Counted from the first letter of the stretch, positions 27,065 through 41,300 are shown. The stretch: DNA of 64,000 nucleotides from Paramecium tetraurelia (GCA_000165425.1 CT868671.1:129027-193026); one strand, 5' to 3'. Translations and numbers: made by a program. The notes: generated by a model not told the origin, from the letters alone.

Positions 27065-27856
27065 ATGTAAAATGCTTTATCATCTCCAAAACACTATTAA
27101 TAACAAGAGAAATTTATTAAAAAGAATAAGACTTAAAAGGAGCAAATAGATGGATCAAAATTGGCATTACTGTTACAATTAGAAGCTATTTTTCATGAAA
27201 GAATTTATAGTTTGGAACATATTACAAAAACTGTAGAAATCTATTGTTACCTTGTTGAGTAATTTGACTCAGACCAATAGAGCTTAAAAGATTATTTCTT
27301 AGAAAAAATCTAATTTCTATTGAGCAGACCAGAAACCATTAAGTTAATGATGGAAGATAATGAAGAATCAACTGCTATTTAAAATAGATTTACCTCTATT
27401 GCTTGTGGTCAAAATTTGGATCAGTTAAAGTTCGAAGAGGAAACCAGATTTAATAGACCTTTTCTTTAATAAAACTTAGACTCAAACTCTAAAATGAGAT
27501 TTAGTGTTTTTAAAAAACATTAAGCAAAGGAGAGAGAAATCTGTATGGAAGTTTAAGAAAGACAACACGATTAAAAGATTGATGTTAACTCTCTTTTATA
27601 ATAGTACGATCAAATTTCAAAGGAGTATGATGAAGCAATTAAGAAATAATTAAATGACCAAAATATAGCATTAAATCTTAGAATGGCTAACAGGAAAAAT
27701 AATAAGGCTAGTAAGAGAAAGTCTAATTCTTAAGAAAACTAGAGACAAACAGTAGTAAATCCACTTAGAACTACGTTATCTAAATGGAAACTTATATCAG
27801 AAATTCAAGAAAGTGCTAACTTTTGGAGGCAATCAATAAATAAAATGAAGAAATGA
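27065..27856 (+). CDS. Hypothetical ciliate protein with coiled-coil C-terminus
   Basis: Continuous 263-codon frame in ciliate code (LEAIFHERIYSLEHITKTVEIYCYLVEQFD...); alternative ATG at 27047. Confidence 0.7.
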
Positions 27857-27916
27857 TTTTGTATTGTTTTTTATAAAAGGTTTAGGTTTAAATGAATATT
27901 ATAATAGTCTAAATAT

Positions 27917-29136
27917 TCAGCTAGTTAATTTAATCTGAGATTCTATTTAAATATGCTTAGTTCCTATATTTGCTCTTCTAGAACTCTTACTTCTACTCTA
28001 ATCGCATGTTTCTATATTAATTAAGAGATCGTACCTTTGTATTTCTAGATTTAACTATTATTTTATGAGCTATTTTTTGAAACTGGTTAGCTAATAATTC
28101 CTTTTTTTCTGTCCTAAACAGAAACACTTTGGATTAGATCTTGAATAGTAGAGAGTGAGTTATTTTTGCTTTTCAATTTTTAACCGTATATTTTGTTCAA
28201 ATCTTTTTGTTATATAACTTTTAAGACATCGCCTTTATTCCCTTAATGTCCATAATTGATTATATTGTAATAGTTTTATTTCAAAGATTGCTATGATTTG
28301 ATTGGTATTTCATTTGTTTCAAGGGTATTAGAAGTATGATTAATTTGAGAATTTAATTTATGCTCAGAATAAGATTTTTAATTCCTTTGATCTGAAAAAT
28401 AATAGAAATAATCTACTTTACAATTATAATTATTGGATAATTGGTTATTGATTTTTCTTTAAGTAATCTCTTTATCCTAAATCCAAGGATTTCTTCCTAT
28501 TATCCTTTTCTAAATTATTAATAACCTATTTTAAACTAGCGATCTCTATGTTCAATTTCTGCTAAGTTTCATGATATGATTAATTTTCTCTTTTTAAATT
28601 CTATGGTTTAGAATAATCAATACACTAATTAACTTTTTGGTGGTTTCTAGAAGTTCAGCTCTACTCGATTCACTTTCATCCAATTTACTTTGAATAGACT
28701 CAGCATATAACTTAAGTTATTATTCAATCTAAATATAATTAATATAATACTCTTATATGATTTCTGATCTCACTTTCATATTTGATTAGAGTTTGTTCTA
28801 GTTTTTCATATTCTTCATCTGACCTCAAACTTTTGGTTATTGAATGGTTCGGATCAATTTATTTTTCTAATTTGCTTTGTTAATATTTTAATTAACTACT
28901 TACGATATTTTCTTTTCTACTTTCATCATAAGGTTTGTAAAGACTGCCTTGATTATGCCAATCAAATGAGTTAAACTTTCATAGTCTTTTAATTCAGCTT
29001 CCACTTAATTCAGTTCCTCCTTAGTTTCAATAAATTTCTCAATGTTAAGCAAAACTCTTTCCAATAAGTCTTTCAAATTATTTTCAATTTCTTTTTCATT
29101 AATGCTTGCCATACTAAAATTGTCAATCTAATCCAT
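27917..29136 (-). CDS. Hypothetical coiled-coil protein
   Basis: MDQIDNFSMASINEKEIE...EYEKLEQTLIKYESEIRNHIRIEQQLKLYAES; short introns; ends QIKLTS-TGA. Confidence 0.75.
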
Positions 29137-29394
29137 TAACAGTTAATTTAATAATTATATATATATATATTTATACAACAACATTTTCAATATTTTCAAG
29201 AATTGAAAGATACTTAATTACCATATTTATGTAGATAAATTGTATATAAATTTAATTATAAATTCAAGAAGAATCTTGGATCAAATTTTGAGATTGTCAA
29301 CAAATTTTAATAATCAATCATTTTAATAAAAACAAAAAGAGTGCAATTAATAATATCAATAAAAAGTTTGAATGATGAAATAAATAACTTTATT

Positions 29395-30027
29395 TCATTG
29401 CTAGGAAGATTTTCGTTTTGGTTATGCTTGATTAATGGAAAGCGAATGCTAAGAACTTCCTTTTCGCATTGCAATAATTTAGATATTTTTGATTTTCTCC
29501 ACAATTGAATTAATTTTTTAGGCCTCCTCCTCAAAAGACACTGCCAAGATAGGGAATGCTGATTGAAAATCTTCATCTGGCTTAAGCTCGTTTATAATAA
29601 TATTGGAGAGTTTTTACATCATTTAGTTGAAAGCACTTGCAAATTTACGATCATTATATATAAGATAATAATCTGATTCATCTATTCGTTTTATGATTTA
29701 CTACTCCCTCATGACTCGCTTGATGTTGTTTTGTATGATAATAGAAATATTTTATTTAACAATGATGCAATTATTTATTTTTTCTCTGGTATGTTGTGGA
29801 AGTTGATCTAAATTACCCACAAGATCAAGAAACATACAGAACCTCTTAAAGAGCTATAATAAATCCTGGACATATTAATCAAGAGCAGCGTCTTGTTTGT
29901 TTTCCATAGGTAATGATTGGCCAACCAGGGAGGAAGCCTCTAAATATGGTTAATTGTTGTTTTTTAATTCCTCATTTTAAGAGCGCAATTTTGATTGATT
30001 CTTTTAAGCAGAGCAGACTGAACCCAT
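29395..30027 (-). CDS. Hypothetical protein with N-terminal MGxxC acylation-type motif (210 aa)
   Basis: Intronless frame MGSVCSAQKNQSK...PKRKSSQQ-TGA. Confidence 0.72.
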
Positions 30028-30133
30028 TTATAAATATATCCTTAAATTAATAAAACAATATCAGATTTAATTTTGAAACATAGAGTTTTCTTGTCTTTTA
30101 AATATATTAATTTATTATTAATTATAATAAAGG

Positions 30134-30799
30134 ATGTCCATCGTAACAAGATTTGCTTCATATTTCATCAAGAGCAGAGTCATCAACTACTCATGTAAGG
30201 CTTGTGTCTATTGATTTTTAGTGTAAGTGGATAGAATAATGACTGAAATGTGTAAGGCCGGGTTCTAAGACCCAGAAGAAGGATTCCTGGAAAGAGACCC
30301 CATGAGCTATTATGAATGCAGATTCTACTCTCACATTGCTAGAAACTGGACTCCCAGACTTGAATCATTGTAACTATTTATATATTCAATATGCATAAAG
30401 TGAGAAGGAATAATACGAATTGGCAAGAAATAAATTTGTCCAATTTGAAAACCTATACTCCTTCATCTTGGATTTGCATAGAGCAACCTGGGAATACAGA
30501 TCACTCTATTTGGAATTAACCAAAGAAATCGCCACTCACAATACTTGGTTCAGAAGTGAGCATACAACTTTGACATATGAACATCATCTAGAGGAAGCCA
30601 TTAACAAATACATCAATCTTTTGGATCAATTGAAAGAGTACCCATTGTGGCAAGAGAGAGTCAAAGAAGAAATTGGATATTATTTGCATCTTATCTACAA
30701 CTCTACCACACATTCAGGTTAGAGTAAAGAATTGTTTGCTAAATTTGTATATCAAATCATTTATATTTATTTTAGGATAAATTATATTTCTTCAAATGA
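30134..30799 (+). CDS. Ciliate protein of unknown function, possibly mitochondrial
   Basis: MSIVTRFASYFIKSRVINYS...; 3 short introns; C-ending codon bias like the 14-3-3 gene; includes the 100-aa ORF 30420-30722; ends KLYFFK-TGA. Confidence 0.8.
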
Positions 30800-31032
30800 T
30801 TGCAATCATATGAATATGTTAGTATTTGCATAAATATATAAATATTTCATCATATTTTCTTGGGATATCCCCTGTTCTTGCCAAATCCACACTCAAGAAT
30901 TAAACCAATTGTTCATTCTCATTCCTGAAGTCATCCAAAATAATAGTATGCATTATTTTTGTTAAATTCCCTTATCATACGGACTTAAATGCCTTTGGAT
31001 ATGCTTAGAGATATTAATCATTAAAATAATAA

Positions 31033-31403
31033 ATGATTGAAGACAATGAATCTGAGTGCTTCTTTTAACTGAAACCATCTAAAAAGGTCAAAAAGACCAG
31101 AGGCAACACTCTTAGAATTCAAAAGCATTATGATACTATGAATCAGATGTAGATAGCTGCAGCAGATCAAGAATCTATTATTCTAAGTTTAATTAACAAG
31201 CGACCTTCAGGTAATGCTTTAGAAATATTATAATAGTCTATTAAAAGAATAAATTCATTCTATAATGGAAAGAAAACATATCCTAATAACAGTCTATAGA
31301 TTATGTTAATTTGATCAAAAGTGAATCAGATACTTTCGAAGAGAGTGAAAATTTTCTCAGATAGCATCAAAATGAATCATTCATAGAAAATTACCTATGC
31401 TGA
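31033..31403 (+). CDS. Small hypothetical protein
   Basis: MIEDNESECFFQLKPSKKVKK...; one 26-nt intron restores the frame to ...ESFIENYLC-TGA. Confidence 0.6.
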
Positions 31404-32655
31404 TTGATACTCATTCGCCTCAATTGCAACAAATGAGTTTATTTAATATTTTTCCAATAATTATATCATACTGCTACTTTGCTACTCTGAAAATTGATTA
31501 TCAACTTACAATTACATGAAAATAGATGTCTCAACATTTATTTTCTGAAGATTTATTTAGATTTAACAATTATATTTATATTATCTAAATTCCGTGTATT
31601 TATAAAGAAAATTGTTAATATAAAAACAAAATATTACTCGAATATCTAAAATAATCATCACAAAGCTAATCAATATTTATAAATTTTGATCAAATGCATT
31701 CTCTCTACAAGCATAGTTCATCTGAAATAATTCTCAAATTATGAATTCTAAATATGATTTTAATTTAGAAATTTTCTGTTGTCATGACATCATAATATTA
31801 TTTTATAATCGAACCTTAATAATATAGAAAATAATATTTAATCCTACTAATCCTTTAATTTATGGGTATGAGATATGTTATTTAAAATATATTTAGATCA
31901 TTTTATCATAATTTACATCCCTTGGATTTGACAGTGGATCTATTATTCGTTTAATCTGATCACTAGTTTTAAAGTAGCTTACCTTCATTATTTAATGACA
32001 ACTTAATAGTCCTGACTTCTTCAAAATAGGTATACAAATGTTCTAGATTTATTATCTTAAACCTTATATTTATTTAAGACTATGGTTTTCAATGTTTATT
32101 CGTTGTTTACTCCTCTATTAATAACTAATATTAATCTCTTTAAAATGTTCTAGTAGGTGTACATGATGATGATATCTCTAAGTGGAGGATATAGTATTAC
32201 ATAATTCCTATATTCTTAAATTAAAGGAATTTGACAATAATTTAAGTGATAACTGAAGTAGGAAATAGATTTTAATTCATTCTCAAGATTTCCAATATCT
32301 TAGATAGAAGATTGGATAGTTTTTACTTTGAAATCTATAAAATTTGAGTAGATTTGTAATATAATCTAAAATTTAATGATGGGTATCAAATGATTATGAT
32401 ACTATTTATACGATTAGAGTATCTCTTAAAATCAATTTAATTTTTTATAAGATTCCTCAAATTTCTAGTATTCAGAATATATAGAGTTAAAAGATTCTAC
32501 ATATCGAATCAAATAGTTAAATTAAGTCCTATCTTAATAATCGATAATGGAAAGCGATTTAGTTGAGTACTCCTCTCTTTAATAAACTATAATTACTTAA
32601 TTGAGTTATCTTTATTGGGTGAATAGATTGGAATTTTATTCATAAATAAAATAAC

Positions 32656-33416
32656 ATGGCAGATTTTAATCCATAAGAAAGAGTAAAGAAGATGGTCAAT
32701 GCCATAAAAGCTGAGGTAATTTTGATAACAACTTATTTGTTTAGGCCAATGAGAAAGCTGAATAAATCAAGGACATGGCTGCTTAATAATTTAGAATCGA
32801 AAAGAACAAGCTACTCAATTAATAGAAGGAGAAGATTATCGAAGAATACAAAAAGAAGATTGAGTCATACACAATCGAAAAGAGAATGTAAAGATATTTA
32901 GTAAGTGTAGTCAACGATCATCTAAAATCAATCAATCAAGATTGTCCAAAATGCAAGCACGTTTTGAGTTGATCCAAAGACTTAAAGAGGAAGTTCGATA
33001 GAAGATGGCAAAATTGATACAAGATTAAAGTGTCTATAAAGAATTACTAAAGAACTTGATAATCTAAGGAATGATTAAGTTGCTTGAGCCCAGAATTGAA
33101 TTGACTTGCTTAGAATAGGATGTGCAACTCATCAGAACCATTTTGGTCGAATGTTAAGAAGAATTCACTATAATCATTAAGAGAGAGACAACCAAAGACT
33201 TTAAGACAACATTAAGCATTAACTAGAGTTAATATCTAACAGAGAAGGGGGGTAAACCAATGTAAAATTTAGATATAAACTTATTTTAGTTTGGGAGGAG
33301 TTGTTTTGAGCTGTGCTAACAGTAGAATTGTTTGTTCTAACACTTTGGATGACAGATTGGAACTTTCATTACAAGAATTCTTGCCAGACATTAGAAGTGG
33401 ATTGTTTAAAAAATGA
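32656..33416 (+). CDS. V-type proton ATPase subunit E
   Basis: MADFNPQERVKKMVNAIKAEANEKAEQI...FRIEK; LGGVVLSCANSRIVCSNTLDDRLEL; 3 short introns. Confidence 0.95.
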
Positions 33417-33451
33417 AAGAATGAGTATTTACAATATAAAAAGCATATATA

Positions 33452-35215
33452 TCAATACGCTAAGTAGTATGTTGTATCAACAAACATTTCGCAATAATTA
33501 TATCTAATCACTTATTGAGAAAGGTCCTATTATAATTTATGCAATTTGTTCACGTTTTCTTATTTGTAATTTCTCATTTTCTTAAAAATATCTTTATTCC
33601 TAAACATCAAATCATTTGTATATTATTCAATTTATTTTGAATGATCAAATTTTTAAATGATTCTTTGTATCATTTCCTTCTTTTTCATTTGAAATTCATC
33701 CTATTTTTGTTCTTGGATCTTTAAAGTATCTATGAAAAATAACTATTGCAATATTTTTTAGTTTTATTATCTAAAATACCTAGACAAATCAATAGTTTTT
33801 ATTCTATTCTAGCTTTTATTAAGAAACTTTACAAAGTAACTTTCACTTTACAAAGCCAAAGTAAATTACTCTATAAAATAACTAATTTGCACAAATCCTT
33901 TACTTTATTCATCTTATTTTAATAAGGACTCCATAGATAATAGAGGCAAGGCTAATAGTCTGCAATTATTAGGATGAATTTCTCCTGAATATGGTAAAAA
34001 GAACCGCTAACCATGAAATTCATAATATGGAATTTTTGAATTACTACTGATCTGTTATTCTTATTAACCTAATATCTGACAGGGTTAGATTAGTATTAAT
34101 AATTCTGGAGTCACTATCTAGAGATCAATAAAAACCTGACTAATATCAACTACAAATGTATCAATTTTATAATTCAAAATTTAAAATCCACAATTAACTC
34201 TTAATTTTCTTTCCTAAAGAAATTCTTTTAGTAATTAAGGATAATGAATTGTGTATAAACACACTTAATAAACACGAGAAATAGAATTAAATAATTCTTT
34301 GAAATTCTTCAGTATATAAAATGATTGAGATGATGAGACCTTCTAAAAGTAATGATCTCTTAAAACTACATATTCATCGTATTGTTTACTAGTTAAGAAA
34401 TCAGTTTGTAATCCAAAGTAACTTGATTCATCAAATCCCAAAACATTTTCAAATTATATCATAACTAAGTGATTAATATTATTAAGACTCAATTTAGTGT
34501 AAAAACAATCTACTTTCATTGCTTGAATTGTTTAATCTATTATGTTGGAACTCGGTTGCTTAGGAGTATTAGTAGTTATTTCATTATTTAAGATTGATTT
34601 TCTTATAGTAAGTTATTGCTATAATTCTTTAAAATGACTTACCATATTAACAGTATTTGATATTTGCTAGTTTTTTTGTCTAACTTATTCTTGAAAACAA
34701 TCAATTGCCCTTGGTTTTGGACTCATTGACAATGTTCCTAACTCTTATTTAGAGTCTAAAATATAGGATTTATCAATTTAATTTATTGAATTATCAAAAT
34801 TTCTTAGCAATGCCCCTTTGTGAAGTCTACCTGGAATTCTATATATTTCATGATTATGAGGTTTTGGAGGAGTAGGAGAAGGAGTAGTTATTTTAGGCTT
34901 TAATTTTTAAACAAACTTTTCAGTTTTTGTATATGTGTTTGGAATGTTATCGAAACAATTACTGACACTAAGAATAGATTCTGCCAATTTAGTGAAAGAT
35001 TGTTTAATACACTTATGTCTAACAATGTGGGGATGAATTTCTTTTGACTCTAAGTTAAGGGTTTTTTGCTTAATAAATGGCTTGCAATCATTTCTGAATA
35101 TGCTCATCATAACTTTTTTAGGAGAGTAGGAAGTATTGACTCGATTAAAGTTACTATTTGTGATTTATGACAAGTAGTAATCGTTGGAATAATAATACTC
35201 TACAGGATTATACAT
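33452..35215 (-). CDS. Hypothetical protein (about 587 aa)
   Basis: ATG 35215 and TGA 33452 are in frame; includes ORF 34907-35110; ends FVDTTYYLAY. The interior was not read codon by codon. Confidence 0.7.
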
Positions 35216-36610
35216 ATAATATTTTTTATTAATTCACAACAACAAATATATTTGGTCTTCTTTTCAAAGATCCACATAATAGCCAATATAAATCTAAAAT
35301 TACTTATAGCTCATAATATACTCGACATTCGTATATATTTCATATACTTTCCCTTGATCTCCATTAAACCACTTTTTTATATAAACTGCAAAACAACTTC
35401 ATGAATATTTATTCTTTTGTTATAATTTTCAGAGCGAAACTTTTGAAAATCCTTTCATTCATCTCATAATTTACATTTTTCCACTTATTGAATTGACACC
35501 CACCTTATCTGAGTTATTATATTTATAGTCTTTCTTTTTATGTATATTTTATGTTTTCGTCATTTTTCAAACATTTCTGATGGATGAGTTTCTTATTTCT
35601 TATCTTCTTAAATTTAAAAATTTTATCTTAATTGAAAATAATGCGTCATCTAAGTGTGTTGATAATTCCTTTGTTTTATATTTAATAAATTGCATCAAAA
35701 AAATTGGAGCAAATCTTTTGTTTTTGCATCATTTAAATATTTAGAATTGAAATCTCAAAAACATATTTGATTAGTTTTTAAGTTGATTCTAACTTATTGT
35801 AGAAATAAATCATTACTTACATTTTCTATTAACTTTTTGGAAATCAATTAAATATCATTATTAATTTCAATTTTCAAGATATAAGATCTTTGTTAAGAAA
35901 ATTAGAAAGCAGAATAAATTTGATCACTTTATATTGATTTGTATTGATATAATTATTACTATTTTAAATATTAATAAAATAACAATAATCTAGAAAATAT
36001 AAAATTCAATGTTGCTTATACTTGGTGTCTTTAAAGAAGTCTGCTCTAACTAATTTGATTAATTTCTAATTGATATTGATTAAAATACTTCTCTTAATTC
36101 TTATTCTGTAATATCATTTCTTTCATATTAATCAAAATAAGAGGTCAAGAAATCATCTTATGCAATAATAAATTCTTTTAATTGAATTTTTTCTTTTTCT
36201 GTTATGAATTTGTTCTTAAACAATTCAGTTGTAAAATAAAGTTATTTAGCTGGTTGTCTTTATAATTATTCCATTCTTTACTTTTTAATATTTATATTAA
36301 CAATTATTTTTAATTCATTATTTATTGCAATTTATTTATGAAACATATATCAATTATATTCAAAATATTTACATATCTTTTATTTTATTTTTGGATATTC
36401 TTGATAAGGGTGACAGTTTTATAGCCAATCTCTATTATAATAATATATAAATGGCAAATAATCAACTTTATGCAAAATAAAGGGAACTTAAGAAAAATGC
36501 AATCGATATTCATTAAAAAAGAAAATTTGATTTCTAAAATAATTAACATTATTATGAAGATCAAAATAGATGTAATCCATTCAATTCTTTAAATACAATG
36601 TAATATATAT

Positions 36611-38347
36611 TCAAAAATCTTCTATTATAATTTCTAAAATTTTGACAAATAAAGGTAATTCATCAATAACTCTAATTACTTAATAAATTACACATTGTGT
36701 ATCAGATGTATTAATTATCATTTCTTATTCTTTAATTATCCTTTATTCGTATTTAAGATTATAATTTACAGTGTTGAAAGCCTACTAACAATTTAAAAAA
36801 AATGAATATTAGTACGAATCTTAATATTTATTGCTTTAAAATAAACTATTAATCCTTGTTTTTGGATGGCATCTTACATAAACTTAAATAGTCAAGAATT
36901 TATATTGATTCTTAACTGAAAGTGTAAAATTTCCTTAAGTATTTATTTATTAATCAACCTCTAATAGATTAATCTCAATAGGAATTCTATCATCTGACTA
37001 TAAATCTTTTATTTAACTAGTTGAAATTTGCGATAAAAGCATAGGGGGAGCTATACTATTACGATTTATTAATACAATTAGTGCATATATTATTGTAAAG
37101 CACCAATCCACTTGAACAAACAGTAAATTCTGTTTTTAAAGGACCAACACATTCATCACAACCATTTTAACATTTTGCAAGATATATATTGAATGCCCTT
37201 ATTCCCCAATATCCATTTGAATCACTTACAGTAAATCTCATAGATATATTACATTATGATGATGAATGAGGTTAAGTAACTGCAATATTAGATATAGAAC
37301 CTGAATTATTATAGGGTCCACAAAGAAAATCAAAAGTTGCTAATAGGAATTTAGTTTAATAATAAATTTAATCATCTACCAATTGCTAAAAGTAAAAATT
37401 ATAATCCCAATGATAATTAAATAACCAACTTTAGAAATTTATTTAAATTTTATAATGAGGACTCAAATTTTGTATAATTTTTTCTAATCTATCATTTAAT
37501 GCTAAATTAGGTTATCCTCCAAGAAGATCAAAATTTAAACATTTAGATGTTGCAGGTTAGATATTATCATTTTACATCCATCCATCTAAATCAATTGATT
37601 CATGCCGCAGTGATAAAATACCAACCCATTAATAACAATTATTATAATCATTGTCTGAACAATATAAACAACCAGAAGAACATCTTACTATTGACAATGT
37701 AAAATCTCTAAACCCCCATCCTCCCTTTAAAATAATCATATTTTACCTTAACGTATGAATAAATTATAAAAATTAACGATTCCGAATCATGTTTAAATAT
37801 ACCTGTTAAAATTTCAGTTTCCTCATACCAACCGCTTCCACTTTTACTTTTACATAATTCATACTCTTCCTACCATTGAGAGTAATTATTTCTGTCATTC
37901 AGCCATTGAGAGTAATTATTTCTGTCATTCAGCCATTGAGAATATTTTGGGTCTGACCAAAGTTGAGGGTAATTTGTCCAGTATTCTTCATAATCTAAAA
38001 AAAAATAGACCTGATCTATTTAACAAAAATCAATTCTACTTTTTATATGAGAAATACTTCCAAAATTCAAAAGTAAAATTTATTTTATAATGAGGAGGTA
38101 AGGAAAAATGCTTAGATACTATTGTGGAATATCCAAATGCATTAAATCCTCCAAACAATCTAGAACCATTGCAAGTTGTAAAAAGCAATCCATTATAATT
38201 ATTACTTACAGTCCAGCCTAAATATTTAATATGTAAATAACCTGATTCATCCATTGAGTTTAGGTCTTGAAAGCTTTGGTATACAATATCCCATTGTTCT
38301 TATGTCTTAGCTAAACATAATGTGATGAAAATAAATATATTATTCAT
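36611..38347 (-). CDS. Secreted IDSWD-domain family protein, copy 6 (divergent, with internal repeat)
   Basis: ATG at 38347; LPPHYKINFTFEFWK|IDFCQ; in-frame 30-bp repeat; C-terminus nearly identical to copy 3. Confidence 0.8.
37873..37941. repeat. 30-bp tandem repeat inside copy 6 (about 2.3 units)
   Basis: ccattgagagtaattatttctgtcattcag twice plus a partial unit; encodes YSQWLNDRNN repeats on the minus strand. Confidence 0.9.
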
Positions 38348-41300
38348 CAAATTTAATATAATTATAAAAATATTAATGTAGGTGCGCCCCTAACTTCTTT
38401 GGTTAAATCAAATTATCTTAGAATTCTGTTTTCACTATTTTTTATTGTATATAAATATTATGGTTACAGTTACTTATTTACCTTCTTGATTTATAAAGAA
38501 GAAATGTTGATAATAATTTTTCATTTAAATTATAATCAATTAATATTTATATTAATCAAAGAGCAGTAATATATTTTGATGGTTGAATAGAATTAAAGTT
38601 TAGGAGGCTTAACAATTAATCTTAAGTTGAAAAATGTATAACAGTATCTAAATTAATAGATCCATTACATCTTTTATTTTCTACCTAAACTTTAGGTTTT
38701 TCTATGTATTTATAGAGTAGATAGGTTGCTCGTATTAATAAGAGATAAAATTGTCCTCTTTGTAACTAATATAGTTACTTTGGGGTTTTCTTGAGTCTTA
38801 AGATTATAATAATGAAAACTAATGGATAAATGATAGGTAAAAATTTAACTTCTATGTTCTTGATGAAATAATGTTAAATTTAAGTAATAATAATATAATT
38901 AACATATCAATTATGTTGATGGCTTTAAGTTTTTTAAAACAAGTCAATTTTCTAGCTAACAACTAAGGTTAATTTACCCTAGCTCAAAGCGTGTGATTTT
39001 CTGGAATTAATTCAAAAAAGAATTTGATTTCAAGTTTCAAGTTTCAAGTTTCAATTTTCATTTTGAATAGATACAGATCAGAACTTTACTTCTCCAATTC
39101 ACTCATAATATAGATAGTAGAATAGGGTTTTAGTAATATACTTTTAATTTCCGGTGTGGTGTTAAACATATCATTAATAATAAATTATAAACATAGTAAG
39201 CTCATTTAGATTAAGAAGAGAAGTAGAATATTAAATTTTTCTACAACAGAGATGAAACGGAAAATGTAAAATTATATCATCAATATTTAGAAATTTAGCC
39301 TATTACTATGGCAGGTTTTACTAAGAATCATTAATACTTACACAGTACATAATAGGAGGGGCGACAGACAAAAATTCAAAAACATCAAGATTAGTGCAGT
39401 TTTGTCACTCTCAAGAATTAATTAACGTTTTTAGTAATAGATTAGACGGATTAAAAAAACCAAATAAAAGGAGATAACAAAAGCTGATAGCCAAAAATGA
39501 AAATAAACACAAATGTATAGGGAATAAAAGAAAATTCAAAGATTAGAATACAGAAATATCAACAGCCTTCCCAGATAAAATAGAATTTAATTCAAATCAT
39601 TTTAAAGAATAGGAGAACTAATTTCATTATATTATTTTATATTCATAAAACCAAATTAACAATAAGTATTAAATGGAAATATTAGTATCATAGCGAAATT
39701 AAAAAATAAATCATAAGTTTCAAAATTTAAAATATAGAGAAAAAGAATAATAGAAATGATAAAGTAAGTGGAATTTGTATGATTTTCCCATAAAATGTAA
39801 GAATAATTGAGGACTGAAATAAAATATATCTAAAAACATAAAGGAATTTGAACAGATGATCAAAATTATCGAAGGAATTAAGATGCCTCCAGATATCCTT
39901 CAAGATGAGTCCTAAAACCAATGGTTGTTATAAAAATAGAAGATATGGTTAGTGCTGAGTGAGAAACTTTGCTTAAGAATTAGGACCTAAGAGTGAATAA
40001 GTAAGATATTCTTTGGTGACAATTATATAACAAGTAAATAGATATTATTAAATAAGAATTACTTAATGGAATGTGAATTCCATTAACCCACTACTTTCCA
40101 AATCGCACAATAAAATATTCCTTATTTTTGTGCTAACATGAAATTGGAGGAAAGTCGATTGAGAATAGACCAGGATGTGTTATAGAGAAGATTAGCCTTC
40201 GGAATTCTCATAAGTATGAGTTTCTAGATTGGTAGTATAAATCTGAAACAATCACAAGTTGACAAAAAAATCCTTTATTTTAAATTGAATATCATTTGAA
40301 TTTTATATTTTTTAAAGAAAAACAAGTAAGATCACCTTTATTTTTAGAGCTGATCGCTGCCTAGTTCGAAATTGGCCAATTCACGCTTAAATCATTATTT
40401 AACAAACTCACAGTACATTATTGCTTAATTAGTTTGACTATAAATTATACACAATAAAGAAATAGAATAGCTCACAGCAAAAATATGCTTATATTTTTAT
40501 AAACTAATAAGGTTATTAATTTACAAATTTTGCATGTGTAATTATATAAAGATCAAACCGACAAAAGAATTAATTGCAAAGCTATAGATGACTTTATCAA
40601 ATTATAAAGCTTTCACATCTAATTCTTTGAATAAATAATAGCATTTTGAAAAATCAATAATAAATGCAGTCTTCATTGATTTGTGTACATACAAATTCAT
40701 AATTTCTATTATTCTTGTATTCTCTTAATAGCTGACTACATACCAAGAATTTATTTTAGTTGGAAATTTTTCTTAGAAGTCTTTTCACTAGACCTCTTCA
40801 ATCCTTTCTAATTCTTAAATTGTCTAAAAGTGAGTAAAAAAGGATCAAAAAAACATGGACTATTAATAGGATATTCATGTAATAAAATTACTGAATAAAG
40901 AGCTGTTAAACTATGTTTATTATCATTCAATACTAAAATGAAATTGTTGCTCAAACCTCAATTGAAACAATATTAGACATGACTTCATGAAGAATTCTGA
41001 TCTAATTGGAAATGAGAATTTAAAATATCTAAAAGTAAGGAAACATTATAATTGTTATAATAACAGAATTTGAACTAGTTTCTGGACTTAGTTTGTTAGC
41101 TATACAAAAAATGAGCTGGGTAATAAATTAAGCTTAAAAATATAGTTTATATAATTCTAAAGTTGCAATAATCAAAGTAGATTATATTATGCATCAAAAT
41201 AAAAATTTAATTACAATATTTTTCTTTAATGTTCATATTATTCTATTTTTCGCTTATAGCTTTAGTTCTTCAGATAGTTAAAATAGTTATTTTATTGCTT

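Noticed and set aside
31700..32600. Long open frames on both strands
   Set aside because: With only TGA as stop, such frames arise by chance; no clear start, strand or motif.
35340..35735. Minus-strand coding-like stretch upstream of the 33452-35215 gene
   Set aside because: In-frame TGAs in all frames; no identifiable product.
37873..37941. 30-bp repeat as a CRISPR array
   Set aside because: Units are contiguous with no spacers and lie in frame within a eukaryotic gene.
39028..39060. (tttcaag)n 7-bp repeat
   Set aside because: Local slippage absent from the paralogous site near 13570; not telomeric and not CRISPR-like.
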